Positions 1 through 9,507 of a DNA stretch of 64,000 nt are shown piece after piece. Source of the DNA: Bdellovibrio sp. (GTDB lineage Bacteria; Bdellovibrionota; Bdellovibrionia; Bdellovibrionales; Bdellovibrionaceae); assembly GCA_036676395.1 (NCBI GenBank), contig JAKFCY010000002.1, positions 1,824,001 to 1,888,000 of the forward strand, in the 5' to 3' direction. Position 1 is the stretch's first letter; each line of letters begins with the position of its first letter. The notes beneath the pieces are model-generated. The model searched no databases. It was given only the letters and a program-made list of their open reading frames with translations, and had not been told where the DNA came from. Made by a program: the position numbers and the translations under genes.

Positions 1-2
1 AA

Positions 3-314
3 GCACTGGGAATGCCCGCAGAAATACCTACAAATGTGCGAAATGCACTTCAAGAAGCCTTCTTTGAAATGAAAGTTATTAAAATATTCTATCAGGATGG
101 CAAAAAACAAATTACAGAAAGAAATATCGAACCGCACTATCTGCTTTTGAGTTGGCCTTTTTGGTACACTATCGCTTGGGATCACCTTCGTAATGATTTG
201 CGCTCGTTTCGCCTTGATCGCATTTCAAAAGCACAAACTCAAAACCTAAGCTTTAACTTACACCATCAAGACCTATTCGCAAAAACGGTACAATCATTTT
301 CAGAAAGTGTTTAA
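3..314 (+). CDS. WYL-domain transcriptional regulator (YafY/PafB-like), 5'-truncated by window edge
   Basis: 'YQDGKKQITERNIEPHYLLLSWPFWYTIAWDHLRNDLRSFRLDRI' is a WYL signature; frame is open to the window start. Confidence 0.85.
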   Translation, partial: ALGMPAEIPTNVRNALQEAFFEMKVIKIFYQDGKKQITERNIEPHYLLLSWPFWYTIAWDHLRNDLRSFRLDRISKAQTQNLSFNLHHQDLFAKTVQSFSESV

Positions 315-321
315 ATCAGGG

Positions 322-1779
322 CTATTTATTTACTTCCCAGAAGCTACCTTCTGGCGTATCGCTGACTAAAATATTCATTTCAGTCAATTTAGCGCGGATC
401 TCGTCTGATTTTGCATAGTCTTTTGTTTGTCGGGCCAGCGAGCGCGCAAGTACTAATGCTTCGACAGCATGCTCATCAATTCCAGCTTTAGCTAAAAGTT
501 TTTGGTCTAAAGAGCGTAAGAATTTTTCTGCAGGCATTTGAAATAGCGCAAGAAGCTTTCCAAATTGCATAATAAATTGTTTGAATTGTTTTGCCTTACC
601 AGAAAGTATCGCATTAGTTTTTGCGCCACGCTTAAATTGACCGTTAAATTTACGAATCTGATCAAACATGACCGCAAAAGCCTGTGGGGTTGAGAAATCA
701 TCATTGATGTGTTCCATGATTTTCTCCCAAGCTGCATCAAGCTCAACTTGGTATTTTGAATCCTCGTGAACCTCGTCAGTGATAAAACTATCTGCCAAGG
801 CAAGAGATGAATACACACGCGCTAAACCAGAAACTGCTAAATCAATAGTGGTATCACCAAATTCACCCACACTGCGGTAATGAAGTGATAACATCATCCA
901 TTTATAAATTTCTGGGTGATGCTCTTCTAAGAAAGTGCGCATATTGATGATGTTACCTAATGATTTAGACATTTTAGAGCCGCTGAAATTTAATAAATTC
1001 CAGTGCATCCAATAATTCACGTAATGTTTTCCGGTGCAGCCTTCAGATTGCGCGATTTCATTTTCATGATGCGGAAACACTAAATCTAAGCCACCGCCAT
1101 GAATATCAATTTGATCGCCGTATAAGCCATGTACCATCGCCGAACACTCGATATGCCAGCCTGGACGCCCATCACCCCAAGGTGATGCCCAGCTAGAGCC
1201 TTGTAGATTTTCATTCGGTTTTTTAGATTTCCATAGTGCGAAATCTAAGGGATGATTTTTTTTGTCGTTAGCTTCAATACGAACGCCGACTTGCATATCG
1301 TCTAATTTACGACCTGAAAGTTGCCCGTAATTAGCAAATTTATCGACAGCAAAGTTCACATCACCGTTTATGGCATAGGCTTTGTCATTTTCAATAAGTT
1401 TACCGATAAATTCGATGATCTGAGGCATGTATTCAGAAACTTTTGGATTATGTTCGTGTGGACGAAGTCCCAGATCAGAAAAATCTTTTTTATATTCTTT
1501 AATGAAGTGTTCAGAAATTTCTTTAGCAGATTTCCCTTCTTCAACCGCGCGAGTGATAATTTTATCATCCACATCGGTAAAGTTTAGCGCGTAGTCCACT
1601 TTATATCCTAAGTACTCTAACCAGTTTCTAACAAAGTTAAAAAACACAGGTCCACGAAAATTTCCCACATGTAAGTATGAATAAACAGTCGGTCCGCAAA
1701 CATAGATTTTTACTTGCCCTGGATTTATGGGTTTAAATTCTTCAGTGTTTTTTGTCAGAGTATTATAAATTTTCAACAT
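322..1779 (-). CDS. cysS: Cysteinyl-tRNA synthetase
   Basis: [42 protein letters not shown] motifs. Confidence 0.98.
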   Translation of the reverse strand: MLKIYNTLTKNTEEFKPINPGQVKIYVCGPTVYSYLHVGNFRGPVFFNFVRNWLEYLGYKVDYALNFTDVDDKIITRAVEEGKSAKEISEHFIKEYKKDFSDLGLRPHEHNPKVSEYMPQIIEFIGKLIENDKAYAINGDVNFAVDKFANYGQLSGRKLDDMQVGVRIEANDKKNHPLDFALWKSKKPNENLQGSSWASPWGDGRPGWHIECSAMVHGLYGDQIDIHGGGLDLVFPHHENEIAQSEGCTGKHYVNYWMHWNLLNFSGSKMSKSLGNIINMRTFLEEHHPEIYKWMMLSLHYRSVGEFGDTTIDLAVSGLARVYSSLALADSFITDEVHEDSKYQVELDAAWEKIMEHINDDFSTPQAFAVMFDQIRKFNGQFKRGAKTNAILSGKAKQFKQFIMQFGKLLALFQMPAEKFLRSLDQKLLAKAGIDEHAVEALVLARSLARQTKDYAKSDEIRAKLTEMNILVSDTPEGSFWEVNK

Positions 1780-1781
1780 AA

Positions 1782-3296
1782 CTATCCTAGCTTTGTTAGA
1801 ACCTTATTTACACGAGCTAATAAACTTTGTTTGCTCATCAATGGCACCAATAGTTTCACTTCTGTTCCATGTGGCTTACCAATAACGGCCACACGAATCG
1901 GCATAAATAGATTTTTTCCTTTAACATTCGCACCCGTTTTAACTGCGTTTTCCATCGCCACGAAATCCGTCTCAGAAAAAGTATCTGCTGCGTGATTTTC
2001 GATTTGCGTTTTCCAAACAGTCAATACGTTCTTAGTCGGCTCCCAACCAAGAGCTTCATTACTTTCATCACTGATTTCAAATTTAGAATCATCTAACGAT
2101 TGATATAACGCTACCGCGTCGGCCAAAATTTCTAATTTTGGTTTAAATGTTTCAACTGACTTCATTTGCCATTCAACTGATGTGGCCTCTTTTGGTAATT
2201 GAATTCCTGCAGCGACCAAAAATGGATTTACTTGCTTCCAAATAGTTTGGTTATCTTGGGCACGTAAGTATTGTGAATTCATCCATTTTAATTTTACACG
2301 GTCAAACACCGCACCCGATGCATTTACGCGATCAAGAGTAAAAAGCTTGATCATTTCATCCATCGAAAAAATTTCTTTACCTTCAGGATGCGACCAACCA
2401 AGCAAAGCCATAAAATTATTTAAAGCCTCTGGCAGATACCCATCTTTCATAAACTGGTCGCACGCTACAGCACCCTTACGTTTAGAAAGTTTTTGACGAT
2501 CATCATCTAACACTAAAGAAATATGACCAAACTGTGGCGTCGGCCAGCTCATTGCTTCATAGATCATTAACTGACGAAGTGTATTTGGTAAATGCTCCTC
2601 AGCACGTAACACGTGTGAGATCTTCATTTGATAGTCATCAACCACACAACAAAAGTTATAAACAGGCATGCCATCAGAACGAAGTAAGACAAAATCGCCG
2701 ACCATATCAGATGGAAAGCGAACTTCGCCGCGAATAAGATCTGGCAATAAATAATCTTTACGTAAATGTTTAGTTCTAAAACGCACAACGGCAGTTTTAC
2801 CAGTCGCTAGTTCTGCCTTAGCTTGATCTAGAGTCCAAGCTTCGTAAGGTGATTCAACGTGAGCGTTCTGATTAATCGCTTTTACGCGCGCACGCTCTGC
2901 ATCTAGCTCTTCATCAGTCATAAAGCAGTAATATGCCTTACCTGAAGTGATTAACTCGTCTGCGACCTTCTTATAGATGTCTAAGCGCTGTGATTGGCGA
3001 TACGGAGCGCAAACTCCCATATCTTTTAATGTTACAGGATCAACGCCTTCATCCCAGTTAAGACCAAGCCACACCATGTCTTGCACCATCATTTTTAAAG
3101 ACTCTTCAGTAGAGCGGGCCTGATCAGTGTCCTCGATACGTAAAATGAATTTACCGTTATTGTGTTTTGCAAATAGTAGATTAAATAAAGCAGATCTCGC
3201 ACCACCCACGTGAAGATATCCAGTTGGGCTTGGGGCAAAGCGCGTACGAACTTCAGTAAAACCAGGATTCAAAGTAACTGTTGCGGGGGTTGGCAT
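1782..3296 (-). CDS. gltX: Glutamyl-tRNA synthetase
   Basis: RFAPSPTGYLHVGG, LRIEDTD, KLSKR motifs; GGAG SD upstream. Confidence 0.97.
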   Translation of the reverse strand: MPTPATVTLNPGFTEVRTRFAPSPTGYLHVGGARSALFNLLFAKHNNGKFILRIEDTDQARSTEESLKMMVQDMVWLGLNWDEGVDPVTLKDMGVCAPYRQSQRLDIYKKVADELITSGKAYYCFMTDEELDAERARVKAINQNAHVESPYEAWTLDQAKAELATGKTAVVRFRTKHLRKDYLLPDLIRGEVRFPSDMVGDFVLLRSDGMPVYNFCCVVDDYQMKISHVLRAEEHLPNTLRQLMIYEAMSWPTPQFGHISLVLDDDRQKLSKRKGAVACDQFMKDGYLPEALNNFMALLGWSHPEGKEIFSMDEMIKLFTLDRVNASGAVFDRVKLKWMNSQYLRAQDNQTIWKQVNPFLVAAGIQLPKEATSVEWQMKSVETFKPKLEILADAVALYQSLDDSKFEISDESNEALGWEPTKNVLTVWKTQIENHAADTFSETDFVAMENAVKTGANVKGKNLFMPIRVAVIGKPHGTEVKLLVPLMSKQSLLARVNKVLTKLG

Positions 3297-3314
3297 GTAG
3301 TAGTCTCCAAAATG

Positions 3315-3340
3315 AAAAAGCCTAGATTTCTCTAGGCTTT
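3315..3340 (-). terminator. Rho-independent terminator downstream of carD
   Basis: AAAGCCTAGA-tttc-TCTAGGCTTT inverted repeat (3317-3340) followed by T-run on the minus strand. Confidence 0.65.
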
Positions 3341-3377
3341 CAATTCTGTCTTACTTTTTAAAACGAGTAAACTAATA

Positions 3378-3872
3378 CTACTTCGAGTCCAAAATAGTTC
3401 TTACTTCTTGGTCTTGGTTCATCACGTCTTTCACGTCAGCAGCTAAATTAAGCTCTTTTAGTAAGTAGCTCTTAGCTTTTTCTAACATTTTCTTTTCGCC
3501 AAAGCTTAATTCTTTGTCGACTTTTAAAAGATATAAATCACGCAATACGGCAGCGATCTCGAAAACTGATCCGGTATTGATTTTATCTGTGTATTCACGG
3601 TAACGACGATTCCAAGTTTGGGTATCGATTTTAACGTTTTTATCTTTTAAGATGCCTACCACTTTAATAGCTTCGTCTTTAGAGATAAGGGCTCTAAGAC
3701 CTACAGATTTGATATTAGCCGCAGGAATCATAACTTTCATACCGGTCTCTAAGATAATGACCGAGAAGAACTCGTGTTTTGACCCTAAGATCTCTTTAAT
3801 TTCGATCTTGTCGATGCGTCCAACGCCGTAACCTGGGTATACAGCATGATCTCCAACTTTAAACTGTGTCAT
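3378..3872 (-). CDS. carD: CarD family RNA polymerase-binding regulator
   Basis: FKVGDHAVYPGYGVG, WNRRYR, LSFGEKKM motifs; start moved to ATG 3872 (164 aa). Confidence 0.93.
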   Translation of the reverse strand: MTQFKVGDHAVYPGYGVGRIDKIEIKEILGSKHEFFSVIILETGMKVMIPAANIKSVGLRALISKDEAIKVVGILKDKNVKIDTQTWNRRYREYTDKINTGSVFEIAAVLRDLYLLKVDKELSFGEKKMLEKAKSYLLKELNLAADVKDVMNQDQEVRTILDSK

Positions 3873-4105
3873 CGAACCACCTTCATCACCATAAGTTAAA
3901 AAAATCCCACTCATGACGTCTGGTTGTTGTAACACTGATGACGTGCTCCAGCAATTTTATTAAGCATTTTTGATTAAGTTTTTTTTAACTTGTAATTTCT
4001 ACCTGTGATTAATGACCATCACTTTGACACTGTGGCAATTAGCGGCTTGAGCACCCCTATAAACAACGCTAGCCTTTGAAGCAAACCTCCTTGAAAGGAC
4101 ACACT

Positions 4106-4801
4106 ATGAACTTCAAAAAATTAAGTGCAGAAATGATCGGAACAGCTTGGCTAGTGCTAGGTGGATGCGGCTCTGCCGTTATTGCCGCAGGATTTCCTAA
4201 CGTAGGAATTGGCCTACTGGGAGTTTCGTTTGCTTTTGGTCTGACTGTTTTAACGATGGCTTATTCTATTGGCGCTGTTTCTGGTTGCCACTTAAACCCC
4301 GCGGTCACAATTGGCCTTGCTGCAGCAGGCAAACATCCTAAATCTGAAGTTCTACCCTACATTGTTGCTCAACTCATTGGCGGTGTGATCGGCGCAGGCC
4401 TTTTATGTGTGATTGCATCAGGTAAACCTGGCTTTGACTTAGTGGCTTCGGGCTTTGCCGCAAATGGTTACGGCGAACATTCTCCGGGTGGATATTCGAT
4501 GCTGTCAGGCTTTGTAACTGAATTAGTTGCGACGGCGTTTTTTCTTTTTATTATTTTAAGTGCGACAGACAAAAAAGCTCCGGCTGGCTTTGCTCCGATT
4601 GCGATCGGTCTTGGTCTAACATTAATTCACTTAATCACGATTCCTGTAACAAACACTTCAGTGAATCCGGCGCGAAGCCTTGGGCCTGCGTTATTCGTTG
4701 GTGGTTGGGCATTACAACAAGTGTGGTTATTTTTTGTGGCGCCCATTTTAGGTGCTGTACTTGGCGCAATTGTATATTCTGTGACTGTGAAAGATAAATA
4801 A
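4106..4801 (+). CDS. aqpZ: Aquaporin Z
   Basis: [10 protein letters not shown] and [11 protein letters not shown] motifs; AAGGA SD before ATG 4106. Confidence 0.95.
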   Translation: MNFKKLSAEMIGTAWLVLGGCGSAVIAAGFPNVGIGLLGVSFAFGLTVLTMAYSIGAVSGCHLNPAVTIGLAAAGKHPKSEVLPYIVAQLIGGVIGAGLLCVIASGKPGFDLVASGFAANGYGEHSPGGYSMLSGFVTELVATAFFLFIILSATDKKAPAGFAPIAIGLGLTLIHLITIPVTNTSVNPARSLGPALFVGGWALQQVWLFFVAPILGAVLGAIVYSVTVKDK

Positions 4802-4806
4802 GTACA

Positions 4807-4844
4807 AACAATTTCGCCCGCAATACTTTGTGGGCGAAATTGTT
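4807..4844. terminator. Bidirectional terminator-like hairpin between convergent genes
   Basis: AACAATTTCGCCC (4807-4819) ... GGGCGAAATTGTT (4832-4844). Confidence 0.7.
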
Positions 4845-4848
4845 ATTA

Positions 4849-5115
4849 TTAAAGATATTTATGATACGTGATAACCGCAAAATACGATCGAACACCCTCG
4901 TACTTAGCCTCTGTGCAAGTGCCTTTGACCATAATGGCTTTATTTCTGGTTTTCAACAATGCATTAGCTTTTGCAAGACTCTCTTCACAATTAGCCATTG
5001 AATATTCCAAGACACTAATTGTAGTTAAATCTGTATTTGCCGAGTCCCCATACAGAGTTCTCGCAAAAGTAGTCATAGGCGCAAACGCCAGCATTCCAAT
5101 AATAAGTAATTTCAT
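4849..5115 (-). CDS. Small secreted hypothetical protein
   Basis: Sec signal peptide MKLLIIGMLAFAPMTTFA; AGGAG SD; two Cys. Confidence 0.75.
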   Translation of the reverse strand: MKLLIIGMLAFAPMTTFARTLYGDSANTDLTTISVLEYSMANCEESLAKANALLKTRNKAIMVKGTCTEAKYEGVRSYFAVITYHKYL

Positions 5116-5158
5116 AGTAATCTCCTAAGTGATTTAAAACATACCACTGGCGCCATGT

Positions 5159-5174
5159 CGCAATAAGAATGCCT
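5159..5174 (-). promoter_or_regulatory. Putative sigma54 (-24/-12) promoter
   Basis: AGGCATTCTTATTGCG = GG-N10-GC on the minus strand, upstream of the secreted-protein gene. Confidence 0.5.
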
Positions 5175-5271
5175 CACTTAAACGGACTTAGATTTTATTA
5201 GGAGCAAAAACACTGTCAAATAACACAACAAAGTGCCGCAAACGATCGACGAACTTTTCGACGGTTTTTAT

Positions 5272-7359
5272 TTAACCAACGCCGGCTAAAGCCTGCGGGC
5301 CGTGACTTTTTAAAAGCTCTTCGCGGATCAATTTATTTTCTAAGGCCTTAAGCTTTGGATCTTTTTCTAACAGCTCGAAAGCCGCATCACGGGCTTGTTT
5401 TAAAATTGCAAAATCTCTGACCAGATTGGCCATTTTAAAACCTGGAAGCCCTGATTGTTTAGCTCCCATGAATTCACCGGGGCCACGGATTTCAAGATCG
5501 TATTCGGCAATTTTGAAACCATCGTTGGTTTTTTCCATAAAGGTCACGCGGTCTTTGGTTTCTTCGCTGACAGCGTAACCCATAATCATTACACAAAAAG
5601 ATTTATACTCACCACGACCAACGCGCCCGCGTAATTGATGTAACTGCGATAAACCAAAACGCTCAGCGTGCTCGATTATCATAAGATTCGCGTTCGCTAC
5701 ATCCACACCGACTTCGATCACGGTTGTTGAAACTAACACATCGATTTCATGCTTGCGAAACTGGGTCATGACTTCGTCTTTTTCTGCGGGTTTCATTTTA
5801 CCGTGTAGTAAACCGAAGCGGATTTTTGGGTATTGATGTTTTAATTTTTCAAATTCTTCGGTGGCATTTTTTAAATCGATTTTTTCGCTTTCTTCAACTA
5901 ACGGATACACCACATAACATTGACGGCCCTTAGCAATTTGTTCAGCCATAAAATCCATAGCGTTATTTCGTTTGGCTTCATTCACCACACGAGTTTGAAT
6001 GGGCGACCTGCCAGCTGGCATTTCATCAATGATCGAGACATCCAGATCACCGTACACGGTCATAGCTAATGTTCTGGGAATGGGTGTTGCCGTCATCACT
6101 AAAAAGTGCGGCGATTGGCCTTTAGATTTCAAATGCCCACGCTGAGCTACGCCAAAACGATGCTGTTCATCAATGATAACCAAAGCTAAACTTTTAAATT
6201 GCACCCAATCTTCGATCAGTGCGTGGGTACCGATTAAAAAATGAATTTCGCCGGCAATTAATTTTTCTAATAATTCTTTACGCTCTTTAGTTTTAGTTTT
6301 TCCGGTCAGTAACCCGATTTTCAAACCTAACGGCTCAAGACGCTTAACCGCATTTTGGTAATGCTGCTCTGCTAAGATTTCAGTGGGCGCCATCATACAA
6401 GTCTGAAAACCGCTCTCAAAAGCGTAAAGTGCGGCCATAAAACTCACCATGGTTTTACCGGCTCCCACATCCCCTTGCACTAAACGGTTCATGGGTTTTC
6501 CTGAAGTCATATCTTTTTTTACTTCGTCAAAAGCTTTTCTTTGTGCTCCCGTTAAAGTGAATGGCAATGATTCGATTAATTTTAAATTCAGAGTGTCTTT
6601 ATTAACAACAGTTACACCTTGTTCATTTTTAAGACCCGTTTTTTTACTCGCTAGGTATAATTCTAACCAAAAAAATTCTTCAAAAATGATTCTCTCGTGC
6701 GCTTTTGAAGTTAACGTTGTCATCGCTTCGGCATTTTCGATATCTGGAAAATGAATTTCTTTTAAGGCTTGCTTGCGCGGTATTAATTTATTTTTCTGCA
6801 TCAGACTTGGCGGTAAAGTTTCTACCGGCCACTCTTTAATATCCATGTAAGCTGCATGAATGAGCTTTTGCATTTTAGCCGAGCTAAAGCCTTCAATTTC
6901 GACATAGATCGGCAGCAACTGATCAGTCATTTCTTCTTCAGGCACCACATCTTTTAAATCGGGATGGTGAAATTCTAATTTACCGCGGTAGTTTGTAACC
7001 TTACCGATCACGCGAATTTCGGTGCCGGTTTTAAAACGTTCAAAATAACCTTTATATGGCGTGCGAAAAAATTTGCAGCGAATTTGTCCTGAACTATCGC
7101 GAACTAACACATCATAAATTTTTCGCGACGATCTTCCCATCGCGTAAGAGCTGACACTCATCACTGTCGCCTTAAGCGACACTAATTCATCACCCTTAAG
7201 GGATGCGATATTCCTAGCAGCCCGCCTGTCTTCAAATGCCCGGGGGTAATTTTCAAGCAAATCTTGTATATTTTTGATCCCATTTCGAGACATAAGGGCG
7301 CCAAGCTTTGGCCCGACCCCTTTTAAAAATTGAATATCTGTCTCTAAACTTATAGGCAT
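5272..7359 (-). CDS. recG: ATP-dependent DNA helicase RecG
   Basis: QGDVGAGKT, DEQHRFG, TATPIPRT, QLRGRVGRG motifs. Confidence 0.97.
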   Translation of the reverse strand: MPISLETDIQFLKGVGPKLGALMSRNGIKNIQDLLENYPRAFEDRRAARNIASLKGDELVSLKATVMSVSSYAMGRSSRKIYDVLVRDSSGQIRCKFFRTPYKGYFERFKTGTEIRVIGKVTNYRGKLEFHHPDLKDVVPEEEMTDQLLPIYVEIEGFSSAKMQKLIHAAYMDIKEWPVETLPPSLMQKNKLIPRKQALKEIHFPDIENAEAMTTLTSKAHERIIFEEFFWLELYLASKKTGLKNEQGVTVVNKDTLNLKLIESLPFTLTGAQRKAFDEVKKDMTSGKPMNRLVQGDVGAGKTMVSFMAALYAFESGFQTCMMAPTEILAEQHYQNAVKRLEPLGLKIGLLTGKTKTKERKELLEKLIAGEIHFLIGTHALIEDWVQFKSLALVIIDEQHRFGVAQRGHLKSKGQSPHFLVMTATPIPRTLAMTVYGDLDVSIIDEMPAGRSPIQTRVVNEAKRNNAMDFMAEQIAKGRQCYVVYPLVEESEKIDLKNATEEFEKLKHQYPKIRFGLLHGKMKPAEKDEVMTQFRKHEIDVLVSTTVIEVGVDVANANLMIIEHAERFGLSQLHQLRGRVGRGEYKSFCVMIMGYAVSEETKDRVTFMEKTNDGFKIAEYDLEIRGPGEFMGAKQSGLPGFKMANLVRDFAILKQARDAAFELLEKDPKLKALENKLIREELLKSHGPQALAGVG

Positions 7360-7365
7360 GCATAT

Positions 7366-7393
7366 ATCCTATTTAGGAATGAAGTTTTGTCAA
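7366..7393 (-). promoter_or_regulatory. sigma70-type promoter of recG (apparently leaderless)
   Basis: TTGACA-N16-TAGGAT-N6-ATG. Confidence 0.55.
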
Positions 7394-7418
7394 AGTTTAC
7401 CTGAATTTTTGCCGATAG
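7391..7418 (+). promoter_or_regulatory. sigma28 (FliA)-like promoter of HD-GYP gene
   Basis: CAAAGTTT-N12-GCCGATAG, 7 nt before ATG 7426. Confidence 0.55.
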
Positions 7419-7425
7419 GTTACCT

Positions 7426-8370
7426 ATGAGCACCAAAGAACATTTCAGAATTCGATTAAGCACGATCCGTCCATCGGAGGACATCCCTTTTGCTATTTTC
7501 ATTTACATCGACGGCAAAATGGTCGAATACGTTCGCTTAGGCGACAAATTAGCCGCTGCTAAAATTGCAAGCTTACACGGCAAAGACACCGGTGAATCAT
7601 TTTTCGTAGAAAATATTAATAAACCCCTTTACCGCGAATACGTTAAAGATTCGATGAACTCTTCATTAATCAGCAACGATCAAAAAGCCAATATCCTTCG
7701 TGAAAGTTCGATTGCGATCTTAGAAGATCTTTTTGAAACTCCTGATGTGGGCCAAGCCATCGAAGAAACTAAACCGATCATCAAAGATCTTTTAGAGTTT
7801 ATGCAAAATGCGCCCGAATCTGTGGGCGGTTTAATAAGTTTATCAGGTCATGACTTTTACACTTACAATCATTCGTTCGATGTCAGCATCTACTCGTTAG
7901 GATTAGGCGGCGCTTTGGGCTTTGATAAAAAGACGATGGAAGATTTAGGCTTAGGCAGCTTATTTCACGATGTCGGCAAACGCATGGTTTCGTTAGATGT
8001 ATTATGCAAACGCGGCCCCCTTGATGACGCCGAATGGGTGCAAATGAAAATGCATCCGCAGTTTGGTCTTAAAATTTTAAATGAATCTCCTAATATCTCT
8101 GATGGTATTAAAGCTGCTTGTTATGAACACCACGAATCGTGGAAAGGTGGCGGCTACCCGCAAGACCTGCACGGACAAGAAATTCACCCCTTTGCTCGCA
8201 TCATAGCCCTGACCGACACTTATGATGCAATGACCACACAACGCTCATACAACGTGCCTATGCGCCCAGTAGAGGCTTTAAACATGATGAAAGAAAAGGT
8301 CTCGCAAAAGTTTGATCCTGACATGTTAAAAGCGATGTATTCGGTACTTTTCAAGATGGACGCGGCTTAG
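7426..8370 (+). CDS. HD-GYP cyclic dinucleotide phosphodiesterase (RxxN type)
   Basis: HDFYTYNHS, LFHDVGK, HHESWKGGGYP, DTYDAMTTQRSYN. Confidence 0.92.
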   Translation: MSTKEHFRIRLSTIRPSEDIPFAIFIYIDGKMVEYVRLGDKLAAAKIASLHGKDTGESFFVENINKPLYREYVKDSMNSSLISNDQKANILRESSIAILEDLFETPDVGQAIEETKPIIKDLLEFMQNAPESVGGLISLSGHDFYTYNHSFDVSIYSLGLGGALGFDKKTMEDLGLGSLFHDVGKRMVSLDVLCKRGPLDDAEWVQMKMHPQFGLKILNESPNISDGIKAACYEHHESWKGGGYPQDLHGQEIHPFARIIALTDTYDAMTTQRSYNVPMRPVEALNMMKEKVSQKFDPDMLKAMYSVLFKMDAA

Positions 8371-8484
8371 GTAGGCCGTCCCTTTTTGGGGAGCAATGCG
8401 CCAAGAACTGCGCCCCGTCTTTACTCAAACAATTGACAGATTAGCCAAGCCTTCCTAGCGTGAGGACTCATAAGGAGTTCTTGT

Positions 8485-8955
8485 ATGAAAACTATTTTGA
8501 CTTACGCTTTTGCTTCTCTTTTATCATTGTCTGCTTTTGCATCTAATGATCACCGCCCGACACCACCGCCGAACAAACCAATGCCTTTAATCGTGGGTCA
8601 ATGGCGATCAGACAACCCAATTTATTCTGGTCATGTTTGGATTCACACGAATTTCAACTTCACTCAATACGATATGACTTTACATGCGACATGCGAATTC
8701 AGAGCACCTAATGTTCACTTAACTGTCGGAGTTAATTCTCGCACAGCTTACAACGGAAACTTAATTTACGTTTATGACCGTGCTGAAGCTGGCGTGAACG
8801 ATGGTTACCGCTACTGCAATGCCGCTTTATCTCCATCAACTTGGGAGTTCTACTTCACAGCAGGTGATATAAATCACGCCGTTATTTTCGCACCGGTTCC
8901 CTACCAAATGCGTTTCAATGTTTCGCGTATTTTAGAACCAATACCATTGAATTAA
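8485..8955 (+). CDS. Secreted hypothetical protein (beta-rich)
   Basis: Signal peptide ending SAFA; AAGGAG SD; Pro-rich linker; two Cys. Confidence 0.75.
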   Translation: MKTILTYAFASLLSLSAFASNDHRPTPPPNKPMPLIVGQWRSDNPIYSGHVWIHTNFNFTQYDMTLHATCEFRAPNVHLTVGVNSRTAYNGNLIYVYDRAEAGVNDGYRYCNAALSPSTWEFYFTAGDINHAVIFAPVPYQMRFNVSRILEPIPLN

Positions 8956-9504
8956 TTAAAGACAAATCTTGTCGTTCCACTTAAGAAAGCACTTCGGTGC
9001 TTTTTTAAACACAAGATCTTTTTGAAAATCAGGGCTTGTTAATAACGGCCACGGCGTTTGCGGCTCTGCCTTCGCAAAACGATTGTTCTGACCTTTGATC
9101 GATTTTTTCAAATCATTCAGACTTTTAAGTTCGATATATTTAATTTCTAAATAACTTAAAAGCCATTTCCATTTTTTATTCTCAATAGAATCAGCTTTAT
9201 CATTTAATAACACGATCGTCTTATCGGGATGAATGCCTTTAGAAGCCAAACGTTCAACCGTCTGCTGAAGATCAGGGTCTAACATTCTGGTTTTCTTTTT
9301 CGGATTTGTTAAAACTAAAAAATCTTCTGACCAAAGGTTCTGCGAACCTTCGATGTGAAACGATTCGTATTGAAAAGGGTTACGCGTATCAATCAACACC
9401 GCTTTTTTAACAAACACGTTTGTTGTTTCGTCTAAGACTTTTGTGGGCTTTTGCTGACAAGCCCACACGAAAGATACTAATAAAACTAATAAAAGTTGTT
9501 TCAT
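8956..9504 (-). CDS. Rhodanese-like domain lipoprotein
   Basis: Lipobox VWAC; LIDTRNPFQYESFHIEGSQNL rhodanese-like start; no obvious catalytic Cys loop. Confidence 0.7.
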   Translation of the reverse strand: MKQLLLVLLVSFVWACQQKPTKVLDETTNVFVKKAVLIDTRNPFQYESFHIEGSQNLWSEDFLVLTNPKKKTRMLDPDLQQTVERLASKGIHPDKTIVLLNDKADSIENKKWKWLLSYLEIKYIELKSLNDLKKSIKGQNNRFAKAEPQTPWPLLTSPDFQKDLVFKKAPKCFLKWNDKICL

Positions 9505-9507
9505 CGC

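Noticed and set aside
4868..5128. Plus-strand 86-aa ORF
   Set aside because: Antisense to 4849-5115, which has an SD, signal peptide and promoter-like motif
8395..8484. sigma54 promoter for the 8485 secreted gene
   Set aside because: No convincing -24/-12 motif at a suitable position; only an isolated TTGACA
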